Shown here one piece after another: positions 53,692-63,079 of a stretch of 64,000 bases of DNA (positions are counted from its first letter, which is position 1; every line of letters begins with the position of its first letter). The stretch spans positions 406,779 to 470,778 of the forward strand of contig CBEVQO010000001.1 in NCBI GenBank assembly GCA_965552055.1, written 5' to 3'. The position numbers and the translations under genes were made by a program. This stretch comes from an uncultured bacterium. Its GTDB lineage: Bacteria; Hydrothermota; UBA3073; NMUJ01; CBEVQO01. The notes below the pieces were generated by a model. That model was not told where the DNA came from. It ran no database searches and saw nothing but the letters and a program-made list of their open reading frames with translations.

Positions 53692-54425
53692 GCCCACCTA
53701 TTTTAACATATCACAAAATATGCAAATTTGATGTCGGGGGAACATGGGTAACACCCCTCCAGTTTGAATCCCACATTAAATTTTTAAAAAAGAAAGGCAT
53801 AAATCTTTGCACAATCTCTGATGCTTTGAAAGGAAAAGGGACAGGTTTATCATTTGACGATGGTTATGAAAACTTCTATACCTATGGGAAAGATATTTTG
53901 TTAAAATATGGATACAGGGCAACAATTTTTGTAATCGCAGGCTTTATCGGCAAAGAAAATAACTGGGATGTAAATTTTGGAGTAAAATTTAAGCATCTGA
54001 ACAGGAAACAAATAAAAGAACTGGCAGATTTGGGATTTGAAATAGGTTCGCACACTCTGACACATCGTGATTTGACAAAGTTACCGGAAAATGAAATCAA
54101 AAAAGAGCTAAAAGAATCAAAGAAAATACTTGAAGATATAACAGGAAAGGAAGTAAAATATTTATCTTATCCGTTTGGTAGATATAATGAGCGGATTGAG
54201 GAGATATTATGTGAAGAAGGGTATGAAAGGGGCTTTTCCATAAATCCATTTAAAAATGGGGATATTACAATCGGAAGAGTAGGCGTTTACCTAATTGATT
54301 TCAACAATTTTTTATTTTACAAATTGGGGGCAGATGGCATATCTTTCCTTGAGAAAGTGAAATCCTCAGTGATAAACTATTTCTCGAATCTCTCCGCTTT
54401 TTACAAGTTTATTTTAAAGAAGTGA
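53688..54425 (+). CDS. Polysaccharide deacetylase (NodB homology domain, CE4)
   Basis: LSFDDGY (metal-binding Asp-Asp), the IGSHTLTHRDL His motif, and a RAT…F strand. Confidence 0.8.
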   Translation: MSPPILTYHKICKFDVGGTWVTPLQFESHIKFLKKKGINLCTISDALKGKGTGLSFDDGYENFYTYGKDILLKYGYRATIFVIAGFIGKENNWDVNFGVKFKHLNRKQIKELADLGFEIGSHTLTHRDLTKLPENEIKKELKESKKILEDITGKEVKYLSYPFGRYNERIEEILCEEGYERGFSINPFKNGDITIGRVGVYLIDFNNFLFYKLGADGISFLEKVKSSVINYFSNLSAFYKFILKK

Positions 54426-54435
54426 AAAGATAACT

Positions 54436-54951
54436 TTACATAAGTATTATTTTCTTCATAAGGAATTTTTCGCCTTTTTGTATTTTCAGGAAATAAATGC
54501 CTTCGGGTAAATTCAGTTGCCATTCTATTCTGTATAAGCCGGCTTTTGAATGCCAGTGACGAATTTCCTCTCTTTTTCTTCCTGATATATCGTAAAGCAT
54601 AAACTTTATTTCTCCTGCCTTTTCTATCACATATTCTATTTTCAATGTGGTCTTAACGGGATTGGGATAAATTCGTTTTATTCCAAAGCGAGGAAATTGA
54701 ATCTTCTTTTCCGAGATTCCTGTGGTTGGAAAGCATGGCAATCCGTACAGCGTATAGTTAGCTCCACTGGACTTACCACCCGTATAACTTAAAGAAATAC
54801 AAGCATCGTAAGACGATGAAGATAGTTTGCATCCATTATTGATATTCGCGAATCTCAAAGAATATGCCGAAAGTATAAATGGAAAGATTATACTAAATAT
54901 CGCTCTCATCCCCCCCTCCTTATTCTTCATTCTTCTTTCTCTTCCGTTCAT
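54436..54951 (-). CDS. Small secreted protein with a T9SS C-terminal sorting domain
   Basis: Signal peptide (MRAIFSIIFPFILSAYS; the real start is probably 54909). The C-terminal 80 aa (…YPNPVKTTLKIEYV…GIYFLKIQKGEKFLMKKIILM) fits the Por-secretion CTD (TIGR04183-like). Confidence 0.55.
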   Translation of the reverse strand: MNGRERRMKNKEGGMRAIFSIIFPFILSAYSLRFANINNGCKLSSSSYDACISLSYTGGKSSGANYTLYGLPCFPTTGISEKKIQFPRFGIKRIYPNPVKTTLKIEYVIEKAGEIKFMLYDISGRKREEIRHWHSKAGLYRIEWQLNLPEGIYFLKIQKGEKFLMKKIILM

Positions 54952-56947
54952 GCTTTAATTTTTTCTCTAATTTTTCTCGTTCTTGCTTTAATTTGAATTT
55001 TCTCATCATTTCGTCTAATTCATTTTGACGCATTTTATCTTCTTCGTGTTCATGCTTTTTCATGCGTTTATATCTCCTCTGATAATCTACGCCCATTTCT
55101 TTTGGATACCCATATGCTTCTGGATATAACAGTTGTCCAGGTTTGCACAGCTTAGACTCGCTTTTATCCTGTACAACTGGTTTGCGTAATTTCTTTATTA
55201 CCGGGTCGTCTCTATCAGCTAAAACAATATAGGATACTTCACGATTTGGCTCACCATAAACTTTGAATGCAGTATAATCCGAATTCCATTCATAACCCAC
55301 CAAGAAAGGCTTACCTATAGGTGTTAGGTTAACGGTTGCTTCATCCTCTTTTGTGAGCGCTGCAAAGTAATCTGGCATCTTTACAGTTGCCTCGCCATTT
55401 GCATCAAGTCTAACCTTACCACGATAAAGACACAAATATTCAGGTGATTCAACAAAATTATGTCTTAAAAGTTTATTTTCAGGGTCAAGCGGATGGTCAA
55501 TTACAAAAGAGCCCGCACCTTTTGATAATGTACCAGTAATATGCACATCGCCATTAAAATAACCTGCGTAGTAGCCACCGCTACTATACCCATATACTCC
55601 TGCGTAGTAAGACTTACCATACACCCCTATATATCCTCCTTCAAAATATCCACCGTATCCATAGAAATCAGCTGGCCAGCATTTCCCATAGACACCTTTA
55701 GCATCATAATTACCACCGGGATTGTTATATCCGTATATGGCATAAGAACTTGAGGAATAACTATTAAGTGCTTTCCCTTCCACTCCGTAATATTTACCCG
55801 TTCCATATACGGCTGGATAACTGCCTGTAACATTTGCTAATACTCCATTATAACTTCCAGAAATATAAATAGGATTTGTGCAACCTGTTATCCAGATACC
55901 ATCTGTGCAACCTGAGATTTCAATGCCGCGGCTCCCTCCATCTATATCAATCGCATCGTCACTAACCGCTCCGCTTGGAATATAAATGCCGTCAGTTCCT
56001 GCACTACTAATCTCTATTCCGTTACCGCCTGCACTTATCTCTATTCCATTATCTCCTGCATCTATCTCTATGCCTTCGTATGCACCACTTGAATGTACTT
56101 CTAGAGCATCGTCACTACTACAAACAATATCAAGAGCTGCCGACATAGACGAAGTGCCTATTCCTACAAATCCTGAAGTTTTATAAACATTGCTTCCCGA
56201 TATCGTCCAATCGTTATCCCCTGCGTTATCATTGCTCGGTGCCCATTGTGAACCATTCCATTTAAGCACCTGACCAGTTGAAGCTCCTCCCGATTGATCC
56301 CACCTTATAAATGCAGAAGCATGATAGCCATCTACTTTGTCAGAATTTAAAGAATAATTAGCAGTATCTGAAGCACCCCCCACCTCATCATCCGCAGGCG
56401 ACCATTGAGTACCATTCCACTTTAAAACCTGACCTACTGAAGCTCCTCCTGATTGTTTCCACCTTATAAAGTCCCCTGAATCATAATCATCTAATTTATC
56501 TGCATTCGGATATTTGTCACCCCAATTATGCCCGTCTAATTTATCAGCATTTTTAGAGTAATCACAGGTATCAGCTTTAAAACTATAAGGCACTCCCGTT
56601 ATCCTTAATCTCGGACTTAATGTCTGTCCGTTTACCACTATCTCAAGATACCTGTCGCTTCCCGGAAAATATTTCTTACTAATTGATAAAACTTTCGAAA
56701 AATAGCCATTAGAAACATTCACAGAATAGGTAGAAGATGTCCATATCGGTGTACCCCCACTTGAAGTCGTGTAAAGTTTGAATTTCATTTGCACCGTGCC
56801 ATTCACAGGCGAGCCATTTTCTTCTAAATATCCCTGCACTGTAATAGCCGCAGGCACAGCTTTCACTTCCGTTACTTTATACCCATTACTACCTTTTTCT
56901 ATCGCCCGTGTCTCCACTGCAAGGAGAAAGAGACACAGCCACAACAT
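54920..56947 (-). CDS. Secreted parallel beta-helix / Tyr-Gly-rich surface protein with a K/E-rich tail
   Basis: Signal peptide; two repeats of about 45 aa (SGGAS.GQVLKWNG.QW.P); short GIEIS/GIWITG beta-helix rungs; a YG-rich segment; a lysine/glutamate-rich C-terminal 60 aa. Confidence 0.55.
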   Translation of the reverse strand: MLWLCLFLLAVETRAIEKGSNGYKVTEVKAVPAAITVQGYLEENGSPVNGTVQMKFKLYTTSSGGTPIWTSSTYSVNVSNGYFSKVLSISKKYFPGSDRYLEIVVNGQTLSPRLRITGVPYSFKADTCDYSKNADKLDGHNWGDKYPNADKLDDYDSGDFIRWKQSGGASVGQVLKWNGTQWSPADDEVGGASDTANYSLNSDKVDGYHASAFIRWDQSGGASTGQVLKWNGSQWAPSNDNAGDNDWTISGSNVYKTSGFVGIGTSSMSAALDIVCSSDDALEVHSSGAYEGIEIDAGDNGIEISAGGNGIEISSAGTDGIYIPSGAVSDDAIDIDGGSRGIEISGCTDGIWITGCTNPIYISGSYNGVLANVTGSYPAVYGTGKYYGVEGKALNSYSSSSYAIYGYNNPGGNYDAKGVYGKCWPADFYGYGGYFEGGYIGVYGKSYYAGVYGYSSGGYYAGYFNGDVHITGTLSKGAGSFVIDHPLDPENKLLRHNFVESPEYLCLYRGKVRLDANGEATVKMPDYFAALTKEDEATVNLTPIGKPFLVGYEWNSDYTAFKVYGEPNREVSYIVLADRDDPVIKKLRKPVVQDKSESKLCKPGQLLYPEAYGYPKEMGVDYQRRYKRMKKHEHEEDKMRQNELDEMMRKFKLKQEREKLEKKLKHERKRKKNEE

Positions 56948-57064
56948 AGCCCCTCCTTTTTGATTTCCGCCAGTATTTACTTTGTTTGTAAAAGGGGGAC
57001 CTTAATGAAAATATACCTCTACGAGAGAGAGAGAGTTCAGTATGTAAGCTCGATTGTGCATCAT

Positions 57065-57093
57065 AACATTATAACCAGGATAGGGGGTTGTCA
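57065..57093 (-). promoter_or_regulatory. Sigma-70-like promoter (TTGACA-15-TATAAT) about 125 nt upstream of the beta-helix gene
   Basis: Minus strand reads ttgacaaccccctatcctggttataat. The leader contains a (CT)n tract and a GGAGG Shine-Dalgarno before the ATG at 56947. Confidence 0.4.
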
Positions 57094-57147
57094 AGGAAAA
57101 ATTTTTGAAAATCATGCTTGACAGGGTTGGAAAAACTATTAAAATTT

Positions 57148-57900
57148 ACGATGCTCATAAGGAGAAGCACCATTTATTACTTCATAAAATTACTGGGAAT
57201 TATGAATTTTCTCAACGGAGCATACATCCTTGTAGCAATCGCCTCCCCCGAATACAAAATTTTCAAACTGATTCATATATTGCCTTTGCCTTTCACATTA
57301 ATCGTGGCTTTCTCTTCAATGATTATTGGAGCAGGTTTACTTTATCACAAAAACTGGGCAAGAATAGGTTTATTTATAGTATCTCTTCCCTTAAATCTGC
57401 TTCTACTTTATTTCATCAAAAAAGCAGGATATAAATTCGCTTCTTACCCTTTTCAAACTTTTAAAGACCCTTACATAGCGCAAATTTATGCTTCGATAAA
57501 TTCTTTCTTAATACTGGTTATCCTCTTCACAAGAGAGTATGCGAACGATTACTTCAAAGGTGTACCCCTCTCACCCGAAGAGCGCCTATCTTTCAAAAAA
57601 GTCCTCATATCCATTCGAAAATTCTTCGGTGTGCTCCTATTACTTGGTCAGGCATTTTGTTTTTACTTTATCCTTGTTGAGAATAAACTTTTTTATTTTT
57701 TATTATGGATACTGGCTTTTTGTGCTGTTGTGCTACTTGGTGCGCTACTATTCGGATGGAAAAATGCCCGCAAACTCGTTGGCTGGATAGCAATAATTGA
57801 ATCGTTTTTTATGATGCTCGCACCGGAAGTTAAATTCTGGGGAGCACTGCTAACCTTATTTGGAATCATAGTATTGATATGGCGAAGACGAAAGAAATAA
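57148..57900 (+). CDS. Polytopic membrane protein (hypothetical, about 8 TM helices)
   Basis: Hydrophobic throughout. The promoter ttgacagggttggaaaaactattaaaat (57116-57142) is followed by an ATG at 57148, in frame with the track ORF that starts at 57118. Confidence 0.5.
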   Translation, partial: TMLIRRSTIYYFIKLLGIMNFLNGAYILVAIASPEYKIFKLIHILPLPFTLIVAFSSMIIGAGLLYHKNWARIGLFIVSLPLNLLLLYFIKKAGYKFASYPFQTFKDPYIAQIYASINSFLILVILFTREYANDYFKGVPLSPEERLSFKKVLISIRKFFGVLLLLGQAFCFYFILVENKLFYFLLWILAFCAVVLLGALLFGWKNARKLVGWIAIIESFFMMLAPEVKFWGALLTLFGIIVLIWRRRKK

Positions 57901-58745
57901 TTCTTTTTATATTAATATTTCTCGCCGATTTCAAAGTAAGGATTTTACACGAAGAAGAGTTTATCCGCAAGGATGTTAATGATTTCGAATTTAAACTTGC
58001 GGTATTTGTATCGGATTTCTTTGACTCCGTAAAAATGAATAACCCTTTCCCTTACATAAATGAGAAAAATGAAGTAGAAACAACCACAATAGGTTTACTA
58101 ATGGCAAAAGAAGAATGGATGCTCTGGTCAGAACTTCCTTTCATCTTATTTATAGATAAAAACGAAAAAATATGGCTAAAAGAATTTCCACATTATAATC
58201 CGATGAGGGCTTATGCTGATTCTGTCGAAGATGACTTATTCTTGTATATTGATCAATCAAAAGGTTTCCCGAAATTAAAAATGCTTAAAGCGATGCTAAA
58301 AGAAAGATGGAATAAAGGAGACAAAGGTGAAGATGTAAAAAAGGCAATATTGTATATTGATTCTTTGATGAAATCATTTAAAGGATATAACTACGATTCC
58401 GAAATTGCAAAATTGCTATCAGCGGAATTGTCTTTTATAGGTATGCGAACAGCATATCTAAACCTGCTTGAAATGAAAAAATTTTTAAAAGAAAGAAATG
58501 GAGAAATGCTGGCATTCGCGGTATTTCACGCCGATACAGGAATAGCAGAATTCGACCTTACTGCTTCTAAAGATCAACCAATGCTTTATATCATAATCCC
58601 AAAAAGAGAACCAAATTTGCTTCAAATGGATTTATTATGTAATGGTAGATTAATTTTCAGAAAAAGATGCTGGCTAAATATGTCCTATTATATCAAAATT
58701 ATTCCCTTATCTTTCCTCTCATCGGAACGAAGCGAACAGGAATAA
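57879..58745 (+). CDS. Hypothetical protein
   Basis: 288-aa ORF with a short hydrophobic N-terminus and no recognisable family. It overlaps the membrane protein by 22 nt and the convergent pcm end by 47 nt. Confidence 0.45.
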   Translation: MAKTKEIILFILIFLADFKVRILHEEEFIRKDVNDFEFKLAVFVSDFFDSVKMNNPFPYINEKNEVETTTIGLLMAKEEWMLWSELPFILFIDKNEKIWLKEFPHYNPMRAYADSVEDDLFLYIDQSKGFPKLKMLKAMLKERWNKGDKGEDVKKAILYIDSLMKSFKGYNYDSEIAKLLSAELSFIGMRTAYLNLLEMKKFLKERNGEMLAFAVFHADTGIAEFDLTASKDQPMLYIIIPKREPNLLQMDLLCNGRLIFRKRCWLNMSYYIKIIPLSFLSSERSEQE

Positions 58746-59424
58746 CTGAGTGCTTTATCAAACCTTTTTCTGTCTTTATGTAAAGATTTAGAACCTGAAA
58801 TTCATCTCCCTCGGGTATCACAAGTCTTCCACCCATTTTTAATTGCTCTATCAAAGGTTCGGGCACTCTTGGAGCTGCACATGTAACTATTATGGCATCA
58901 TAAGGAGAATGTTCTTTCCAGCCATAAAACCCATCACCATGTTTTACATACACATTTTTATAGCCCAATCTTTTCAATCTTTCTCTTGCTGAATCTGCAA
59001 GCGGTTTTAAAATCTCAATCGTATAAACTTCTTTGCACAAAAGTGATAATATTGCTGCCTGATAGCCACTGCCGGTGCCTATTTCAAGAACACGCTCATC
59101 GCCTTTTAAATCGAGCAACTGCGTCATCAAAGCAACTACATAAGGCTGGGAAATCGTCTGCCCATATCCTATAGGTAAAGGTCTATCCTGATATGCAAAT
59201 CTCTGTAATTCTTTTGGAACAAATTTATGACGCTCAACTTTTAACATAGCATTTAAAACTCTTTCAGATGTTATACCTTCTTCCCGTAATTTATCCACCA
59301 GTGCCTTCCTTAACCTCGCATAATAAAGAGAATCGGGCTCTTTTGACATTAAAATTAAAAAACTAACGAAAAGCATCCTCATAATGATAAACCTCCTCCG
59401 GATGAAATATTGCAATAACATCAA
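58699..59424 (-). CDS. pcm: Protein-L-isoaspartate O-methyltransferase
   Basis: YQDRPLPIGYGQTISQPYVVALM…VLEIGTGSGYQAA SAM-binding motifs. A hydrophobic N-terminal extension suggests a signal or anchor, or a start further downstream. Confidence 0.85.
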   Translation of the reverse strand: MMLLQYFIRRRFIIMRMLFVSFLILMSKEPDSLYYARLRKALVDKLREEGITSERVLNAMLKVERHKFVPKELQRFAYQDRPLPIGYGQTISQPYVVALMTQLLDLKGDERVLEIGTGSGYQAAILSLLCKEVYTIEILKPLADSARERLKRLGYKNVYVKHGDGFYGWKEHSPYDAIIVTCAAPRVPEPLIEQLKMGGRLVIPEGDEFQVLNLYIKTEKGLIKHSVIPVRFVPMRGKIRE

Positions 59425-59719
59425 ATCTTACAAACTCCGGATTTAAATTTCTGGAAAAAATATATTCCTCTGCTAACTTCTTTATTTTCTCGCATTTCTT
59501 AAAATTTATGCTTTCTGCTGGATTTCTAAGAAAGTCAGATTTCAATGACCTTACTTCCACAAAAATAATTCCACCTTCTTTTTCACATATTATATCGATT
59601 TCACCAAATCTTTTCCTGTAGTTTCTTTCTAAAATTTTAAAACCTTTTTGCTCAAGATATTTTACTGCTATATCTTCTGCTTTTTTGCCGATTTCTTTTT
59701 TATATTTTCCCGTTTTCAA
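59363..59719 (-). CDS. yraN: YraN family (UPF0102) endonuclease-like protein
   Basis: GE.IA..YL…G…L..N…GEIDII…VFVEVK pattern of UPF0102. Confidence 0.75.
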   Translation of the reverse strand: MKTGKYKKEIGKKAEDIAVKYLEQKGFKILERNYRKRFGEIDIICEKEGGIIFVEVRSLKSDFLRNPAESINFKKCEKIKKLAEEYIFSRNLNPEFVRFDVIAIFHPEEVYHYEDAFR

Positions 59720-60347
59720 TCTCTTTTAACAATTCAAAAAATTCCGGGAAAAGTTTTTTGAATATCTTGAAGCATTTCCTGTGAATTGGGCAAAAGCCTA
59801 TTTTTTTCAAAATCTCTTTATGACGCTTTGTTGGATAACCTTTATTTTTAGCAAATTCATATTGTGGATACAAAATATCAAATTCTTCCATCAATCTATC
59901 TCTATAAGTTTTTGCAACGATGGAAGCTGCTGCTATGGAAAGGGATTTTCCATCACCACCCACTATCGCCTCCTGTTTTATATCAAGGTTTGGGATTTCA
60001 AATTTGCCATCTACAAGCACTATTTCGGGTTTGACTGACAAATTTTTGACTGCTCTTTTCATCGCAACCTGTGATGCTATAAGAATATTCTCATAGCGCT
60101 CTATTTCATAGTGAGACACAATACCTATACTTACGGATATTGCCTTTTCATAAATCTGTGGCAAAAATTTCTCCCTTTGATTTGGAGTTAATTTTTTAGA
60201 GTCATTTATTCCTTCTATAACAGTATAGGGAGGGAAAACAACGGCTGCTGCCACAAGGGGACCTGCAATCGGACCCCTGCCTGCTTCATCGACGCCAGCA
60301 ACATAATGTAAACCCTTATCCCAGTACTTTACTTCATATTCTATCAT
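59700..60347 (-). CDS. rnhB: Ribonuclease HII
   Basis: [17 protein letters not shown] active-site DEAGRG motif and DSK metal ligands. Confidence 0.92.
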   Translation of the reverse strand: MIEYEVKYWDKGLHYVAGVDEAGRGPIAGPLVAAAVVFPPYTVIEGINDSKKLTPNQREKFLPQIYEKAISVSIGIVSHYEIERYENILIASQVAMKRAVKNLSVKPEIVLVDGKFEIPNLDIKQEAIVGGDGKSLSIAAASIVAKTYRDRLMEEFDILYPQYEFAKNKGYPTKRHKEILKKIGFCPIHRKCFKIFKKLFPEFFELLKEIENGKI

Positions 60348-60688
60348 TCTTTCCTTTCTTTAATTCTTATTTTACCGACTTTTTCTCGCAGATAATATAA
60401 CTTTGCCCTTCTCACCTTTCCTTTTCTCAGCACTTCGACTTTTACAAGATTGGGAGAATACAGGGGATAAATCCTTTCCACACCGTAGCCCTGAAAGACC
60501 TCACGAACTGTAAATGTTTTATTTACTCCTTCTCCTCTTTTCCTTATAACAACACCTTCAAATCGCTGTATCCTTTCCTTATCGCCTTCGCGTATTTTCC
60601 ACAGCACTCTTACGCGATCACCTGGTCTGAAATCCTGAACATTCTCATTCTGCTTTGTAAAGTTCTTTAAATATTCTTGCAAATTCAT
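60344..60688 (-). CDS. rplS: 50S ribosomal protein L19
   Basis: FRPGDRVRV…[11 protein letters not shown]…[11 protein letters not shown] matches L19. Confidence 0.93.
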   Translation of the reverse strand: MNLQEYLKNFTKQNENVQDFRPGDRVRVLWKIREGDKERIQRFEGVVIRKRGEGVNKTFTVREVFQGYGVERIYPLYSPNLVKVEVLRKGKVRRAKLYYLREKVGKIRIKERKE

Positions 60689-61352
60689 CTCGCCTCCTTT
60701 GTAGAAACCTTTCCTTTATCTCCTCGGACTTCTTCTTTCTCCATTCTGCAATCAATTTGTGATTACCTGATACAAGGACATCCGGGACTCTCATTCCTTT
60801 GAATTCACGGGGAACAGTGTAGTGAGGCGGGTCAAACGCACCCTCTTCAAAAGTGTCTGTTAAAGCCGAAGAAATATCACCAATAACACCCGGCAATAAG
60901 CGGGCAACAGTCTCAATTATAACAAAAGCGCCTATCTCTCCTCCTGATAAAATATAATCACCTATTGAAATTTCATCATCAATCAAAAACTCTCTTACTC
61001 TATTATCAACTCCTTTATATCTTCCACAAATCAAAATTAGGTGATTTTTAGAAAGCAATTCTTTTACTAAGAGTTGATTATACAATCTACCCTGGGGCGA
61101 TAATAGTATTGTGTAGGAGTCCGGGCTACGCAACTTCTCCAGAGCATTATAAATTGGCTCTACTTTCATTATCATGCCCGGACCCCCACCATAAGGATAA
61201 TCATCGACCCTCCGGTGCTTATCACAGGTAAAATCCCGGAGGTTATGTACCCTTACTTTTAAACTCCCTTTCTCAATTGCTATCCTTACCACCCCCGCAG
61301 CCAAAAAGTTATCAAAGAGCTGGGGGAAGATGGTAAGGACATCTATTTGCAT
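60645..61352 (-). CDS. trmD: tRNA (guanine37-N1)-methyltransferase
   Basis: [10 protein letters not shown]…[16 protein letters not shown]-knot motifs of TrmD. Confidence 0.93.
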   Translation of the reverse strand: MQIDVLTIFPQLFDNFLAAGVVRIAIEKGSLKVRVHNLRDFTCDKHRRVDDYPYGGGPGMIMKVEPIYNALEKLRSPDSYTILLSPQGRLYNQLLVKELLSKNHLILICGRYKGVDNRVREFLIDDEISIGDYILSGGEIGAFVIIETVARLLPGVIGDISSALTDTFEEGAFDPPHYTVPREFKGMRVPDVLVSGNHKLIAEWRKKKSEEIKERFLQRRRDEFARIFKELYKAE

Positions 61353-61598
61353 TTATTCAAGTATCTCAAGATGCGCACGCTTACCGTGTTTCATAGATGC
61401 TGCTGTTACTATTGTCCTTATCGCACGAGCCATTTTGCCATCTCTTCCTATCACTTTACCGAGGTCTTCTTTCGCGACCCTTAATTCGTATATCGTTATT
61501 TTTTCGCCCGCAACTTCCTTTACCTCTACTTTATCGGGCGCGTCCACCAATACTTTTGCAATGTCCTCTATCAACTTTTTTAATTGTGCATTCGCCAT
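61353..61598 (-). CDS. KH-domain RNA-binding protein (YlqC/UPF0109 family)
   Basis: 81 aa with the [19 protein letters not shown] GxxG loop. Confidence 0.8.
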   Translation of the reverse strand: MANAQLKKLIEDIAKVLVDAPDKVEVKEVAGEKITIYELRVAKEDLGKVIGRDGKMARAIRTIVTAASMKHGKRAHLEILE

Positions 61599-61599
61599 A

Positions 61600-61842
61600 T
61601 CAACCTCCCTCTTTCTTTGCCCTTCTATAAAGAGAAAGAACCCTATCAGTAGGCTGGGCGCCTTTCTTTATCCATTCCTCATATTTTTGAACATCAAGTT
61701 TAAAATTATCACTCTTTATTGGGTCATAATAACCAATACATTCAATATATTTGCCATCTCGCGGCGCCCTTGCATCTGCTACAACAATACGATAAAAAGG
61801 TCTATTACGCTTGCCCATCCTCATTAACCTTATCCTTACCAT
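61600..61842 (-). CDS. rpsP: 30S ribosomal protein S16
   Basis: [34 protein letters not shown] matches S16. The ATG at 61842 is preceded by GAGGGGG; the track start 61866 is too early. Confidence 0.92.
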   Translation of the reverse strand: MVRIRLMRMGKRNRPFYRIVVADARAPRDGKYIECIGYYDPIKSDNFKLDVQKYEEWIKKGAQPTDRVLSLYRRAKKEGG

Positions 61843-61855
61843 CTCACCCCCTCTT

Positions 61856-61882
61856 AATTTATCCATTTTCAGAATTTGTCAA
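61856..61882 (-). promoter_or_regulatory. Sigma-70-like promoter for the rpsP operon
   Basis: Minus strand reads ttgacaaattctgaaaatggataaatt, followed by a 13-nt Shine-Dalgarno-containing leader. Confidence 0.45.
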
Positions 61883-61913
61883 CCAAAAATTTAAAAAATT
61901 TTGAAATTTTTAC

Positions 61914-61940
61914 TTGACAAAATGAAAAATTGATTAAATA
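61914..61940 (+). promoter_or_regulatory. Sigma-70-like promoter for rpmF-plsX
   Basis: ttgacaaaatgaaaaattgattaaata, then aagcgt, then ATG at 61947. Confidence 0.45.
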
Positions 61941-61946
61941 AAGCGT

Positions 61947-62120
61947 ATGGGTACTCCAAAGAAAAGGCAATCGAGAGCAAGGAAAATGAGAAGAAGGACG
62001 CTCGCGATGAAATATACTCCGCCTCAACTCATAAAATGTGCTAATTGCGGTAATTTAATATTGCCTCATACACGATGTCCCAACTGCGGATACTATAAAG
62101 GCAAAGAAATCACAGTATGA
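61947..62120 (+). CDS. rpmF: 50S ribosomal protein L32
   Basis: 57 aa: MGTPKKRQSRARKMRRRT…CANCG…H.RCPNCGYYKG matches L32. It is below the 60-aa cut-off of the ORF track. ATGA overlap with plsX. Confidence 0.85.
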   Translation: MGTPKKRQSRARKMRRRTLAMKYTPPQLIKCANCGNLILPHTRCPNCGYYKGKEITV

Positions 62121-63079
62121 GAATAGCAATCGATGCAATGGGTGGAGATAAAGCTCCTGATGTTGTGATAGAGGCACTGAAAGATTTAAAAATTGATGCA
62201 GAATTAATTGCAGTGGGTAAAAAGGAAGTGCTTGAAAACAGAATTGAAAATGCAGAAATCGTGGATGCACCTGAAGTTATAGGTATGGATGAACATCCTT
62301 TAAAAGCCATAAGAGAGAAAAAGGAATCTTCAATTGTTAAAGGTGTGAAGTTGATAAAAGAGGGCAAAGCCGATGCTTTTCTTGGTGCAGGGAACACAGG
62401 TGCTTATGTTGCAGCAGCTACCCTTATGCTTGGCAGAATAAAAGGAGTAATTCGACCTGCTCTTGGAACTTTTTTCCCGACCGTTAAAGGTTATACTTTA
62501 GTTGTAGATGTTGGAGCGAATTCCGAATGCAAGCCCGAACACTTATTACAATTTGGGATAATGGGAAGCATATTTTACGGTATCGTTTTTGAAAAAGAAA
62601 ATCCAACTGTTGGACTGCTTTCAATTGGAGAAGAAGATATAAAGGGCTCTTCTTTATCAAAAAAAGCATTTGAATTGTTAAAAGATAGTGGCTTAAATTT
62701 TATAGGAAATGTAGAGGGGCATCAAATTTTGTATGGTGTTTCCGATGTCGTCGTATGCGATGGTTTTGTAGGCAATGCTATTTTAAAATTTGGCGAAAGT
62801 ATTGTTGAAATTATTTTCAATCACATAAAAAATGCATCGAAATCTTCTTTTCGCGGTATGCTTGGTGCGATTTTATTAAAGCCAAGTTTAAAAGAACTGG
62901 CAAAAAGGATGGATTACGAAGAATATGGAGGTGCACTGTTGATGGGAGTAAACGGCATCGTGATAATATGTCATGGAAGGTCATCACCAAGGGCTATTAG
63001 GAATGCAATAAAAATGGCGTATAATCTTTGTAAAATGCAAATAAATAAAAAAATAGAGGAGAGATTATGCACAAATTAA
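62117..63079 (+). CDS. plsX: Phosphate acyltransferase PlsX
   Basis: MRIAIDAMGGDKAP and the rest of the protein match PlsX. Confidence 0.92.
   Translation: MRIAIDAMGGDKAPDVVIEALKDLKIDAELIAVGKKEVLENRIENAEIVDAPEVIGMDEHPLKAIREKKESSIVKGVKLIKEGKADAFLGAGNTGAYVAAATLMLGRIKGVIRPALGTFFPTVKGYTLVVDVGANSECKPEHLLQFGIMGSIFYGIVFEKENPTVGLLSIGEEDIKGSSLSKKAFELLKDSGLNFIGNVEGHQILYGVSDVVVCDGFVGNAILKFGESIVEIIFNHIKNASKSSFRGMLGAILLKPSLKELAKRMDYEEYGGALLMGVNGIVIICHGRSSPRAIRNAIKMAYNLCKMQINKKIEERLCTN

Noticed and set aside
57105-57434. 109-aa ORF overlapping the membrane-protein gene in another frame
   Set aside because: It starts inside the -35 box of the promoter for the 57148 gene and has non-membrane, low-complexity content, whereas the alternative frame encodes a consistent 8-TM protein.
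61330-61827. 165-aa plus-strand ORF spanning trmD, the KH gene and rpsP
   Set aside because: Antisense to three highly conserved genes; Ser/Ile/Leu-rich.
62110-62397. 95-aa minus-strand ORF antisense to the plsX 5' end and rpmF
   Set aside because: It overlaps two conserved genes on the opposite strand and has no independent support.
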